A program made the position numbers and the translations under genes. Below the pieces are notes generated by a model. It saw nothing but the letters and a program-made list of their open reading frames with translations. It searched no databases and was not told the DNA's origin. Source: Octopus vulgaris (Eukaryota). Taken from it: a stretch of DNA of 64,000 nt. Where the stretch lies: the NCBI GenBank assembly GCA_951406725.2, contig OX597821.1, positions 45,818,001 through 45,882,000 on the forward strand, in the 5' to 3' direction. Below are positions 23,919-37,624 of this stretch, piece by piece (the first letter of the stretch is position 1; every line of letters begins with the position of its first letter).

Positions 23919-26900
23919 ATCATTATTATTTTTAAGACGGCGAGCTGCCATAATCATTAGTCTCAGTCAAGCACTGGGATCGACATAATCTCTTCCCAAA
24001 TTTCATGGCTTAGGCCTATAATAGAAAGGATTATTATTATTATTATATGTTGCAAAAACGCACTATTAAAATCCTCAAAATTGTTACAAGTGTTAGGACA
24101 CACAACATTTAAGGATTCTTCAAAGTGACCTATCATACTTCCAAAATTGCATCCCATATCATGGATTCTAATCGGCTTATGACTCTACAAAAATGTCTTG
24201 TGTTCCCCACACTGGGGTACTTGTCATATATCTTGTACGTTGTGCTGCTGTACATACCCCCCCCACACACATACACAAAGATTCTAGAAAGATTGCATCC
24301 GAAAGAAAGTCATTCTACTGATTAGTAAATAGTCTATCATCGATACCCTGCAACTATTTATTCACAGACGTGATCTCTTAGCTGTAGCGCTTTTGTACTA
24401 ATGCTATGACTACTTTTGCTACAAGTTAGCTGCATCCCCCTGCATCATCCGGCCTTCCTGTCTGTTTGTCTGTCTGTATGTATGTATGTCAGTGTCCCCC
24501 CTCTCTCTCTCTCTCTTCCTTTGGTTAAGCCTACTGTGTCTCACTTTCCTTATCTTATCCCTAAACACTGTGCCATATCTTTCCTCCTGTATCTGCTATC
24601 CACAGGACGGAATCTCTCCTCGTTCAATGTTTTTCCAGCAAATTTCAGTCTACAAATGTTCAAACTGTACGTCAAGTCTCCTCTCATCCATTCTCATCAT
24701 TCTGAGAATGAGGTCTGCAAAAGTAATTGGCATTGCATTATAAAAATACATCTATATATTATTCATCATCAACAATAAGCGTGCATCTATTTCCAGTTGC
24801 ACTGTTTACATGTCATTCAATATATGTCAATGGCTAGCATAAACCATCTAGTGGTGAAGATTTTTCAATTATTGTGTGCTGAAAGAAATCACTTTACACG
24901 CCATAGAGCATGTAAATCGACGTTAAAATTCACTGTTAATGCGTAGTACATTTGCTGGCAAGAGTAAAATGCATTCACACTGAAGCATAAGTACAAGAAA
25001 ATACATTATATCTTAAGGCGCAGGTTGGATTTCTACATTTGATGCCAAAATTGCTGTAGGCAGTTTGTTATTTAAAAGTTCTACGTGTGTGGTTGTGTTT
25101 GGTTGTAGTGTAATGGCTGTTCCAGGCTATATTTGTGGTCTCTTGAGTGCTTCATATCTCCATGAAAACAAGGAAAAATCTTCTAGGGTGTGTAATAGTT
25201 TTCTTGTTCAGCTAACGATGAGACTATCAAAGTTACCTGAAAGAATTTCTCCCAAATAATATTTAAATTAGTTATAGATATGTAGTCAAAGCTAAACAAG
25301 GTCAGCAAATATAAACAAAACAGCACACAACGACAGAGAGTAGAAACTATGTAACTTACTAGAAAGCAAGCAGATCTAAATATAAACTATTATGGTTTTT
25401 TTCATTAATTTTTTATTTGTTCTTTACACTCAAGTGAGATTTATCAATACATACAAGATTAAAGAAGTGAAAAATGTTACATCTCATTTTTCCACTGCTA
25501 GTTAGCTTAAACAGGAGTTACAACTCATTCTAGAAAGGCATGTCGCACAGATGTCCTCCTGCTATGAGAAACAACATCGCAACCAATCTAGAACCATACA
25601 TTGTCTTCGTATTGCTGTTGGTGTAATATAAAACGTCAGGCTTGTTGATTTTCATCCACAATTATGCAGTCATTTGTTCAGTACTGAGTAGGATTCCATA
25701 CACCTCCCCATAGAGTGGCGTTAGCGCTTATTGTTATCAGCTCTTGATTATGAATAGGGTTGTGTTTTCGGGCTATATTTCATGGTTGTGAGTTATGGTT
25801 AGTATTTGTCTCCCTTTAATTGAACACAATCTTTCTAATTTCACATTCGAGAAGACATATATTCAAATACACAAAATGGCATATGTTGTGTCACGGCCAC
25901 TCTGAGCTATTGGCCAGCATCGTTAGAATAAAAGTTTTTTTCGTCACCCTAGTCATGACCCAACTACAAAAGCCAGTGCGAGAATAACTGACGGTTATAG
26001 AATGTTAGGGCATATGACCAGGACGACTATTCAGTGGCTATGTACTACACATACAGAACAATCCAGCTTTCCAAGCTTTTCATAATATAATTAACAAGAT
26101 ATGGTCAAATAAATCTGCCACCAGTGGTTTAAGAATAACATCTTAATGATCTAATACATAAATAAAGGCAGGATTTATCAACTTTGCTTACATCACTGAG
26201 TGGACATGCCTCTTCCTGATGGTAAAACATGGTCTAGTCAAGATGTAGTGCAGATGATATGATTGCCAGTTAAAGCTTAAAAGACATAAAGCTTGTAATG
26301 CGTAGTGTTGGGAAAATGAAATAATTTAATCATGTCTTCGGCGATTTCCTTTCAATAGCGATCTCCATGGTTGTCATGTAGAATTTGTTAACAGAAATTA
26401 TCTGATGATTTCAAGGAAACATGGTGATCATTATTCACTCTGAAGAAAGCTAACGGCTACATGTCTCTAAACCATGCCTCCAATCGAAAGTAGGTTCCTG
26501 CAAATATATCATTCAACATTTATCATAGGTTAGACGTTCTGTATTTTGTTCGTTTATAGCATTTTAAATTCAAAGGGTATCTGGAAACGATATTATGAAT
26601 ATCGATATACATTTTGACATGCAGAACATTTGGTTTGCAAGTTTAATTCATCAATGGGTTTAATATTACAACCTGACACGTAATACGCGTAATAGAGTTC
26701 TCTTTACTGTAAATATCAGGGCTAGATCACTAGTCAAATTATAACCTCCCCTCCCTCAGTCTTAGAGGTCATAGCTATTGGCACAACCCTTCCACCTCTG
26801 TCTTAGAAAAACACGAAAAATATATTGATAACGATTTAGTACATTGCTGATTACTTCGTATCTGAGAGCGGCCAACATTTAAAATATAGACGCTGATACA

Positions 26901-28719
26901 ATCTGCTATCAGTGTACAACAATGGCCAGGTTATCAAAATTGTATTATTTCACCTACATTGAATCTGCTTTAATCAGCAATGAGTGTCGCTTTTGAATAC
27001 GGGAATGCTTAATTTGTGTGTTGCACTCAGATGTTCGACCAACTACCAACCAATTATAGGTATACATGAGTAGACATAACCAGGCCGACCCATAAAAACA
27101 TCAAACTATTGGTGAGAATAGCTAAAGCCAATCTGGCTTGTGGTTCACTCATAGGTATTTGGACAATCAAAATGTGACGCTAAAACATACGAAATAAATT
27201 GCGTTCAGCAATGTTTTACAGATGGACTCTTAGACATCACACAATTTTTTCAACTGCGCTGCAGGAGCACTCACTAGTTTGGAAAATGAGTAATATTAAT
27301 ATCTTTTAGCAAAAATATTCCCTATTTATTAAGCATTATTTGCTTTGTCATTCTAGTCTTAATATAACAGCCTGCATCGATAGGTCTCTCTCTGAGTCCA
27401 ATCAATCATCTCTTGTGTAACATCAAGAAATATTTTGACTCAAATAATTTTTAATGATTTGCTCTGTTGTCGTTAACCTACATTCTCATATACAAATTAT
27501 ACTGTCCTTTATTCTCTTTAATTTTCCGTATACATTTGTCACCCACACGCATATTAGGCATCTAACAGGTATGTAAAACTAATAAATATTGAGAATACGA
27601 CTACCTTGAATCTCTCAATAGTGCTAAGATATCAATGTTGTTGAAAAAATAATTCTCAGGATAAGTATAAATACCTGCGGAGCTATATATAAACCACACC
27701 AAAATGTTCATGCCAAAAAGTTCAACCTTATCTTATTGGAAATACCATTTTCCTTGTGATTTTAGATTTTAAACATTTGTAGACGGGTTATTGTATACCA
27801 GTCACTTAGATAATCTTTTGATCGAAGTTTTCCAACTTAGTATACATTTGAGATCCTGCCGTGTTAGTACTAAGTCATGCACGCCCCAAAATTTACTAAT
27901 GCATTATTTATTGTCTACTTATGAATAAGTAGCAAAAATCATCATTCTTTCTTCAAATGCTAAGTTTACAATTCCCGCTGTTCTTTTGTTCTGATCAAAT
28001 ATCTATGATACAGTGATGATGTCGTATCGTTAATGATCGAACATTATTGAACTATGATGAAACTAGTTTCTGATCGACCAATATTCAAAATCGTTCCATA
28101 TTGTTACTACTATCCACAAATGTGTGACACTATCTCTACGAAAAGTAATTCCTTGGTAAGCTGTTCGCTATTTCTTGTCTCTCCTTGACGTTAAAATGGT
28201 ATTCGATGTTCAAACGTGTACAGCCCCACTCATCAACTCTCTTGATCAAGTGTGTACAAAATGGGAAGAGAACTTTTCAAATCTTCAAATGTGTACAGTT
28301 TCAATCAAACCCATAGATATTTTATAGTATCTAATTGGCTGTTGCATATTTACGATTCCAAATTTCATCAAATGTACTTTATTTTTCCAGCCTTTCTGCT
28401 TTGATAAAGTGACAGTAATATACTAAGCGTTTTGTATGATTGATCTCACATTATGTTTCTTGCTCATAAAAGTAAAGTATTCTAGAGGAATTTGAATAAA
28501 TCCTTAGTCTATCTTTGAAACTTTGATTTAAAATTGAATTCTGGAAAATACCGGAATGAAAACTTATGGTTGTAAAAAATAGTTTGTGCTCAAATGAATC
28601 GATAATCTGTTAATGACTAGTTATAACTAATGATTATTCATAGTATTTTGATGTTATATATCTAAAGTTTTCAGCTGGTATCAATTGTATAAAAATGTTA
28701 TATATAGATTTTGAATATC

Positions 28720-29118
28720 TTATCTTTTATCTTTTACTTGCTTCAGTCAATGGACTGCGGCCATGCTGGGGTTCCGCCTTGAATTTTTTAGTCGAATAAA
28801 TCGACTCCAGTACTTATTTTTAAGCCAGGTACTTATTCTATTGGTCTCTTATGCCGAACCGCTAAGTCACGGGGTCGTAAACACACCAACACCGGTTGTC
28901 AATCGGTGAGGGGGGGACAAACACAGACACAAAGACACACACGCACATAGATATATATATATATACATATATAAACGACGGGCTTCTTTCAGCTTACAAG
29001 GCTTTGGTTAGCCCGAGGCTAGAGTAGAAGACAATCGCCCAAAGTGCCAGGCAGTGGGACTTAACCCGGAACCATGCGTTTGGGAAGCAAGCTTCTTACC
29101 ACACCAGCCACTCCTGCG
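28720..29118 (-). mobile_element. tRNA-derived SINE, family B, near full length
   Basis: Minus-strand head gcaggagtggctggtgtggtaagaagcttgcttcccaa...ggttccgggttaagtcccactg, internal (TA)/(CA) tract, tail ...gtaaaagataaaagataagat. Other copies at 48420-48545, 49555-49895, 62853-62945, 63380-63565. Confidence 0.88.
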
Positions 29119-29382
29119 AATGATAATATTTAGTTTCTAAAGCAATTATAGAGATTGTTACCCAAAACCTTTCTTTTCAAATACATTATTATTGACAGAG
29201 ATATTTGTAGATGAAATGTTGTTGTTTATTGTACTGCTTTCCGACATTTCAGGAGTTATTGATACCTAAAGCGTTTTTTTAATTTTTAAATAACATGTTT
29301 CTAGATGAAATGTATAAATACTCTTTATAAAGTTTCGGTATAATTTTATTTAAAATATATTTCTTTTTTCTTTTAATTTCAG

Positions 29383-29495
29383 GCTGCACAGAAATACTCG
29401 CATCGGCATAGCAGATGTAAATCCTTATCTCAATTGTATCCTCTGTGGGGGTTATTACATCGATGCTACGACAATCATAGAGTGTTTGCATTCTT
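29383..29495 (+). CDS. BMI1: Polycomb group RING finger protein (BMI1/PCGF2-4/Psc-like), RING exon 1
   Basis: ttttaatttcAG|g [37 protein letters not shown](F)|GTaagt versus BMI1 [38 protein letters not shown]. Confidence 0.97.
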
Positions 29496-30917
29496 GTAAG
29501 TACCTAAGAACTTATTTAAGCAATAACACTGGGAAACAATGTTTATACATTTCTGCTTTTCACTTTAATCTATTTAGAAGGTTCTCATACAACTTATCGA
29601 AAAAAGTAATGTATATTACAAGACATTAGTCTAGCAAAGAGGGAACTAGATGTAACACTTGACTACTAGTTCGTATACTGAATTCATATAATAATTTTTT
29701 TGTTATAATTACGAATATCAATAAAGAAACTTCAATTTTCTTTGCATTCCATTTTCACCTTAACTTGCCATTCGGCTAATCATCATTAGAGAAACACATC
29801 AACGTGTGGTTGTTTATAACGTATGTCCATGCACTGAAGGTCTAAAGTATATTTAAGGATCTCTTCAAAGCAATGTTCTGGGGTCCCTAATGCTCTAAAC
29901 TCTCAGCGTATTAAATTTTTTGCATGTAATAATTCTTGCGTTGTTGTTATAAATTGTATTAATTTTAATTCTTACTGTTGAAACTTAGGTGCTCTTGTTC
30001 GACACGGGATCTATCGATTTAGTTTTATCTAATTTGTTTTGTTTCTTGATGTGACACTTGATGTGACACTATAAAGACATTTGCCTTAACAAATGTATTC
30101 TTGACTAAAACAAATTCCAACACAAGCCACCGAGGGAAACTCTACGAGTTGTTAGATCTGTTAGCAATCAAATCTTCCTTAACTCAAGTACCATAGTTCA
30201 AAAAGGAAGTGTTGTTTAATGTCAATATTAGAAACATCTTATCCGAGGAAAAGACTTTAATCCCAAATATGCATGAAGAGAGCTGTCCTGAAGCTAAAAC
30301 AACAAATTCCAACACAGTTTTGTGTTTTAGATCATATAAAATCCTGGACTACAAAACACTTTCTTGAGAAAACATAGGTAAGGGTAAATGAGCGATTATC
30401 ATTCTACCAAGTACTATTAATAAAGTGACCATATAGACGTTCGCTTCTTGGTTGTATTTTATTTTTAGCCAAATTCGATGACGTTTGCGTGGTGTCATCT
30501 TTTAAAATGTGTACAATCAATTAAGTGTCTTGATACTGTAATATCTACGGAACTAAAGCATTCGATTCTGAAACTAATTAATCGGAACTGCATTGCACAA
30601 CAGTGCAGAAATTTGAATGTTATTTGCATAATAACAAGCATTTTATATATGTTCTTACGTTTTTATGAATGGTACCGGGAGAAGCATTGATGGTATTTCT
30701 TAAATATTCTGAATTGAAATATCATAATTTGTACTGAATTTCATTTGTATCGGTGAAATCTGAAAGTAAATAAAGTAACAAAACATTTGCAAGTGTTCTT
30801 TCTGCATGTACAAAAATCAAAAATTTATCAACGTAAAGTATAATACTTTTTGAAAAATTATTCAGACTGTCATCTCCGGAATATCCTCGATGTGTAGGCA
30901 GGGAGATGCGCGCGCGC

Positions 30918-31000
<83 letters not shown>

Positions 31001-31114
31001 CTAATAATATCAAATTTAATTATTGTAATCATTACTTTGTTTATGCTATACAGCATTTCGTATATGAAGAGCAGGCACAAATATATTTGTATTTCTTTTC
31101 TCTCTCCAACCTAG

Positions 31115-31211
31115 TTTGCCGAACATGTATTGTCAGATATTTGGAAAGTAGTAAATTCTGCCCCATATGTGATGTAATGGTGCACAAAACCAAACCGTTA
31201 CAGAATATACG
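31115..31211 (+). CDS. BMI1: PCGF/BMI1-like RING exon 2 (97 nt)
   Basis: ccaacctAG|(F)[31 protein letters not shown](R)|GTgagt. Completes the C3HC4 RING; phases 1 and 2 are consistent. Confidence 0.97.
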
Positions 31212-34200
31212 GTGAGTTTAACACTTGTTTTATCAATTGAGACAGTCAATAATTTAATAGAAAATGTTTTTTTTTTGCATGCATTAGAGTGATTTGGTTG
31301 ATGTACTCAATAGCATTGCTATTTTTTATATCGCTCACCAAGTGAAGAAAAATTCCATAGGACACATATGTATACATGCATATATATGCAGAGATACCAA
31401 TATAATATACATGCATGTGTTTGCATTTGTTTAAATTTGTAATCAGTATTTGTATTTCGCATGATAACGAGACAAATAATGCTTGGCATAGGAAATATTA
31501 AGCTGATCATGTAATTATTGCATGATCGGGAGCTGTTCGATCTTTAATAGAAGTTTTATTGCATGTCCTCAGGTTAGAGATATGTTAAGACTCTAATTTT
31601 TAAATCTGGTGGTATGATATCTTGTATGAAACTTTTCTGTGCCACAGTGGCCACATTTTCTCAAAAAACTTATTCTTAGATTGGAAAGAGTATTATGAAG
31701 ATGTTACGTTCTCGTAATACACTTGTATGGACAAGTGCTGAGTTGTATGAAATTATGCCAAAACGAGTTGTACTCTTGAAGCATATTTCAAACAAATAAT
31801 ATATAATGGTCTGTTTAATTGATGTATGCTCTCTAAAGGCTTACATAGTTGCTGTTTGATCCGAAAAAGCTTATTTAGACGATACATATCCCAGAAAAGG
31901 TTTATCAGACTGGCAGAAGCTTTGGCATTTTTATGTCAGCACAATAAACAATACATTTTAGGGATTCTTGCCTACAGGAAATACAAATCTGTATTGCAAG
32001 CATTATCCTTAGAATCTATATCTGTGCATTATGCTGGGTTGATTCGTCATGTGACTGAAGCTCTGTTTTCTTCTCAGTATTGAACAACAAAAATGGCTTT
32101 TGAAGAAATATTTTTTGATTATGTAGGGTTCTGATGCTATTTTTGTTCCACTTTTAGTTTTCTTTGGGTGCACTTTTTGTATTTGAGGATATATATATAT
32201 AGCTGTGTTTCTATATATTAGCTGCACTGAATTTATATAATGCTACAGATTATTTTAAAAGCAATTATGTGTGTGTGTGTGTGTCTGCGCGCGCGTGCGT
32301 GTGTGTGTATACATATGTATATATGCATATGTGTGAGTGTATATATTTTATTAAATCTGGCTGGACTAACTACGAATAGTTGATTAAGCTAGAAAATCTT
32401 AGAGCAGCTACCAAGTCCCACGTCAATTATTTGGTGACAAGTACTCTACTGATGAAAGCTACTCTATCGTTCAGAATGTCATCCAAATCATATTATTATC
32501 TCATTTTTAGTGAAAAAGTAAATACTTTTCTAATGCAGAGTCACGTCTATACTACTTATTCGACAAGCTCATACACATTCTTTCTAATGCCTCAAGGCTT
32601 TTGTGTACATTGCATAGTTCGTATAATTAGAACACAGCCAATCCATGACTACCCGGCAATGGTGGAGCAGGTTTACACTGTTTTTCTAGCAATATAGCCA
32701 AATATTTGTCACCTAGAATGATAATCAATTAGAGGCTATAAATATAAATTTTCAATTAAAGAATTTCTCTTATTAGCACGTGATTAGTCTGGAACTGTCA
32801 AAAGAGATAGGCGTCTTTCGTAAAATTTCTGTATTAGTAAATATGTGCTTGTTAAAGCAGAGTTATAGTGTGTATATGACTGGGCTATTTTAGAGTTTTA
32901 GCCATTACGCTTTCAGCTAAAGCTGTTGTTTAATATGATCCCCACCCCCCAAAAAAACCCCAGTTATGTAGCCTCTTCCAAACTAACATACTGAAACTTC
33001 AGAGAGAATTCACGACAGCGTGAAGTTTCATGATCTCAATATGGATATCCGATTATAGAGAAACGCTTGTTACCGAATACGCCATAGTCCACCTTGATAC
33101 CTTTTCTCTGCATGAGAAACAAAGGCATGGCCATTGGTGGGATTTAAATACCTACGAAGAATCTGCACTTAGAAAGCAAAGATGGGAAGACATCTCGTCC
33201 AGAGTTCTAACACTTCCATCAATCCCCTGATTGGCGTTTGATTGAGCTTTGAATCCCGAAAAGTTGAAAGGTAAAGTTGGCTTCAGTAGAATTTGATCCC
33301 AGGACGTAGATCTCCGGAATGAATGCTGCAATGCATTCTGATTCTCTGATAACTCTCATTTCGACCAATTCTTATATGCTGAACCTCAGCCTTGTTTCGA
33401 CATACAATTTTTCGTTCAAATTCTCTTTCCTTAACGTTTCTTTGTGACAATCTCTCTATTACTGGTTATCATAACACATTATGACTTTTTTCTTAACTCT
33501 TGTGGGTAGTAATCCAATCAAGACTCAGATTTCAAGATACCAGCGGTTCTTGATGCCATTAAAGCAGTTCACATTGTTGCAAGCCGAATCTCCAATTCCT
33601 TTTCCACCTCCGGCTTTCCTACAAGCATTGACCTTCAGCTGTTTCGCTTGGCCATCAGCTGCATCAATCTGGGAAAGTCTTGAGAGGCAATGGACCCTGT
33701 CTCACTCTTCTGACTAACTTACAAAAATACATGGGTACTTACATACATACACACATAATTAAACAAGATGCTTCTAAATGTCTCGATTTCTGAATCATGC
33801 TTCTCTCTCAAACATAATTTAACTTATGATAGAATTTAAATTCCTACAGTTTTTATTTAGTTTGTAAATATATTTATGGTAATAGTTATTTTTTTAAATT
33901 TGCAGCAGTTACTTTAAGTTTGTTTTTTAAGCTAATGTCTGTTTTACATCGTGTTAACAAAATATGGTGTTGATAGCAATCTGCACAAATTCCATGTGAC
34001 AAAGTAGAGGTATAGTAGAGGTCAATAACTCAATAACTAAAGTTCTGATTTTGTCAACAACATTATAAAACATTCATTGGCTGTACGCGGTTATTTATTA
34101 AACTTATCAGTCGTTGACAAAGGAATCCTGGTTATGTTGGAATCTCTACTATTTACGGTGTTATTTCAATAAATAAATAGAAAAGTGAACCTTGTTATTG

Positions 34201-34470
34201 CATTATTTGATATGAGAATAATATGAGTGGGAGATAGAAATAAAGACCATTCACGAAAAATTAAACCTGACATCTTATTTTAGTTGGGAAAATATTTCCT
34301 CTATTACTAATTGACTTAAACATATATCAACATCAAAACCTCTCATTGTTCGTACATATGAATTTTAGAATTCACATCTATGAAAGAGATCATGTGTGTA
34401 TTGAAAAATATTGTTACATGTATTAAAAATATTTTTGCTGAAAGATAACCATTGATTCTTTTCTTTTTAG

Positions 34471-34526
34471 ACCTGACAACACATTACAGAACCTCGTTTA
34501 CAAATTAGTACCGAGTTTATTTAAAG
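34471..34526 (+). CDS. BMI1: PCGF/BMI1-like exon 3 (56 nt)
   Basis: ttctttttAG|(R)PDNTLQNLVYKLVPSLFK(D)|GTaaga versus BMI1 SDKTLQDIVYKLVPGLFK. Confidence 0.96.
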
Positions 34527-36188
34527 GTAAGATTAGTCAACTATTGCAATATTTTTTTGGACAGTTTCTCAATTAAATTTACAAGAAGATACTTCCTCAA
34601 AAATTCAAATATAACTTTTTCCAACTGAAATTTAATATAGTTTTGTAAATACTAAATAGACTTAAGTTTGTTTAATTTTATAGCTATCTTATATGCCTGT
34701 ACATGCTCCTGATATAGATTACGAAACATTCTAAAAACTTGACTACTCAATTACATGAAACTGATACCACCACTCAAGATAAAGCATCTCAGATAAACAA
34801 ACCTGCAAAGTATGCCTCTACTTTCTCTATGACAGTACTCAATACAACCAATAATACTTTCGAAGCAGAAACAAGCGAGTGTGGCACTGCGTAGTTTTCT
34901 CACAAGTTAAAAATAGCAGTTCCAGATCATCAAGTCATACCTCAACTTCATAAAAGAGGAAGGGTACATTAGATAATGTAATTCTCAATACCCTAACAGA
35001 GTGTTTATGATTAAAATTCTCTGATCGTGCGGCTGTTTGATCAAAGATGACATGGAGTTGAACAACAAACAAATAAGAGTGAATGACAAATGCTCGCTTT
35101 TGATTTAGAATGAGAGCATACTTCAGCTCTGAAGAGTTCTAAACCTATGCAAAGTTAAACACTATCTGCACACACCAAACTCATATATTCTGGATAGTAT
35201 TCGAAAACATCGGCTTCTTTCGCTGAGTTATATACTGTATCTTCAAAAGAAAAACTCTCTCGCCGTTTTAATTTGTTGATTGTATACCATTGTTGTATAA
35301 ACCCACTCGATACATCGTCCTTTTTTTCTCCTCTCAATAGACCTGCAATGCCTCTCATCTTATCAAATTACCCAAACGTTATTCTTAGAGAGTAATAACT
35401 CTTTACAAATAACTCCCATCTTGACCATGTTTTTACTTCATTTACACATTTCCAAGAATGCAAAACGCATATTTACTAGATTAGTACTATTCTGTTGCCT
35501 TTATCATTCATTCTAGAACCGTGTAAAATGGTTATGGATAACATTGCATTTCATGATGAATATTTCATCATCATTTAACCATACTACTCTTCCTACATTT
35601 GGTAAGATTTGAAAAATAATACCATACATTTGATATGAGTTCTCATAGAAACGACATAGTCTGAATTGTTTTAATATATCTCTGTAAAATGGTAGTAACT
35701 TAAGATCAATGCAAATATCTCTTTCCTTGAAGCTGAATGTAAGCAAAGATTTGAAACTCGCACAAAAGTCAGGTTATCAAAAATCTATTGCATAAACAAT
35801 CTCAGTGAATGTGTAAAGTGATGAATTAATAAATGTAGGGAATTGTGCTTCTTTGTATTCAACCTCACTATGAAATGAAACCCACGACCACTTTTAGAAC
35901 AGCTTCAAACCGACCTGTGAAATTATTGAACAGATCACCAGGATTCACTCATTCTTCCTCCCAAACTGTCAATGATAATATCTGACAGTTACATATCTAA
36001 ATGTAAGGATGCATCTAGGCACAAACTCAAGTACGTTCTGCAGTCCTATTCATAATTTTGTCCAGTCTAGTGGAGATGTAGTTATGCTTTCAATCTGAAT
36101 TAGATTCACTTTATTACATAAGTTCCAAGAATTTAGCTTAATCTTTTTAATAAATTATGTATAAACTAAAAGAAATTTTCTTTTTCAG

Positions 36189-36236
36189 ATGAAATGAAAC
36201 GCCGGCGTACATTGTATTTATCTCTTTCTGCTGATG
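36189..36236 (+). CDS. BMI1: PCGF/BMI1-like exon 4 (48 nt)
   Basis: ttttcAG|(D)EMKRRRTLYLSLSAD|GTaagt versus BMI1 NEMKRRRDFYAAHPSAD; ends in phase 1. Confidence 0.95.
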
Positions 36237-37308
36237 GTAAGTCATTGGCAACTAATTTGTTTGTAATCGTTATACAAGCAGAAAAATATGACTACTCATA
36301 CTCACGTGTTTCCTTGTTAATTGTGGCTATCTTATCAGTGACTATTGTATTTCGTTCAAGTTATTTGTTATAATTCTGTAAAAGTATTGAAAAAAGTCGT
36401 CTACATTATTCGTAGACATTTATAAATGTTTTTAATATTTCACATCATCATAAAACTTCTTCGTCAAGCAATCTGCTGTAAAAAGTGACCAAATTTCCAT
36501 TAGATCACACACTACTGTCTTAAAAATATAAGGATGCACTGGATAATATATGCCGGGATATACAATGCCTGAAAAAGACGGGAGTGTCGAGTTTTGAAAT
36601 CTTTCGATCTTAAATCTGCATAATTAGAACTAATCTTGAGTTAAACGGCAACGACATGAACGCATTTGGGTTACATTTTGTTGCGGCACTATAATATTAT
36701 TTAACCAGTAAAATGTACAGAAATATATTTGTCAAATGTAGATTTGGAGGTTTTCATATGCTATTTCACAGAATTAGGATACGAAAGTATAATTCCATGA
36801 AAACTGAATGCTTTATACTTCATACGTACGCTCACATATGCGCGCGTGTGCAGCCTCCTTCCCCCACAAACACACACACACGTACACATGTAATAATAAG
36901 ACTGGAAATTCTGTAACTTCATTATTTAATACTGGTACAAATCAAACTTTTTAAACGACTGAAAAGCAAAGAAGCTGGCAAAAAAATTATGAAAATATTC
37001 TCATATATATTACATTGATTTTTACTACCTACTATACACAATAGTTTTAGAGAAAGGGAATTCAACTGGCGTAACCGTTAGTGGCTTTAATATATATATA
37101 TATGAGTCTGAATATATGTGTGTCTCTTTTTGTGTGAGCATGTGTGCGTGTTGTAAGTATATATATATATATCAGTTCAGTAAAACATTTAGATTCAGAT
37201 GAATATGGTCCTTAAGTTGAGGCACCATAATTTAGTATGCTATTATCCATACAATTTCAAAATAAGGTGATTAAAATCAAAATAAGCAACAAGGACATCC
37301 AGAGGTAA

Positions 37309-37400
37309 TGCAGTACAATCGTTTCATGCGACTCCATTTAATTGAACAATGCAATCATTTCATTACCTCAATTTAAAATGTAGAGCAATCTTCAGCTGCA
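37309..37400 (-). ncRNA. Type-I hammerhead ribozyme fold with an extended stem II
   Basis: TGCAG-CTGAAGA-ttgctctacattttaaattga...tcaattaaatggagtcgcat-GAAA-CGATTG-TA-CTGCA. 5-bp stem I, near-palindromic stem III, GUA site. Confidence 0.6.
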
Positions 37401-37459
37401 CAAAGACATAGAATTTAATTAAATTAGAAGGACATATTAGTATAGTTTTACCCAAAATC

Positions 37460-37580
37460 TTCAAGAGGATAAGGAGATAGACAAATAACAATGTTTTACC
37501 AACAACATCACAGTTACAACTATGATGTCAGTGTTATTTTCATTTTTGTGTAATTTAGACGACAGTTTATTCTCCGCACC

Positions 37581-37583
<3 letters not shown>
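37460..37583 (-). mobile_element. Tc1/mariner-like terminus
   Basis: TA|CAGGGTGCGGAGAATAAACTGTC at the edge of a (TA)n run; no second end found. Confidence 0.4.

Positions 37584-37624
<41 letters not shown>

Noticed and set aside
26402-26432. CTGATGA-tttcaag-GAAA-catg hammerhead-like match
   Set aside because: No UH after stem III and no credible stem II or stem I.
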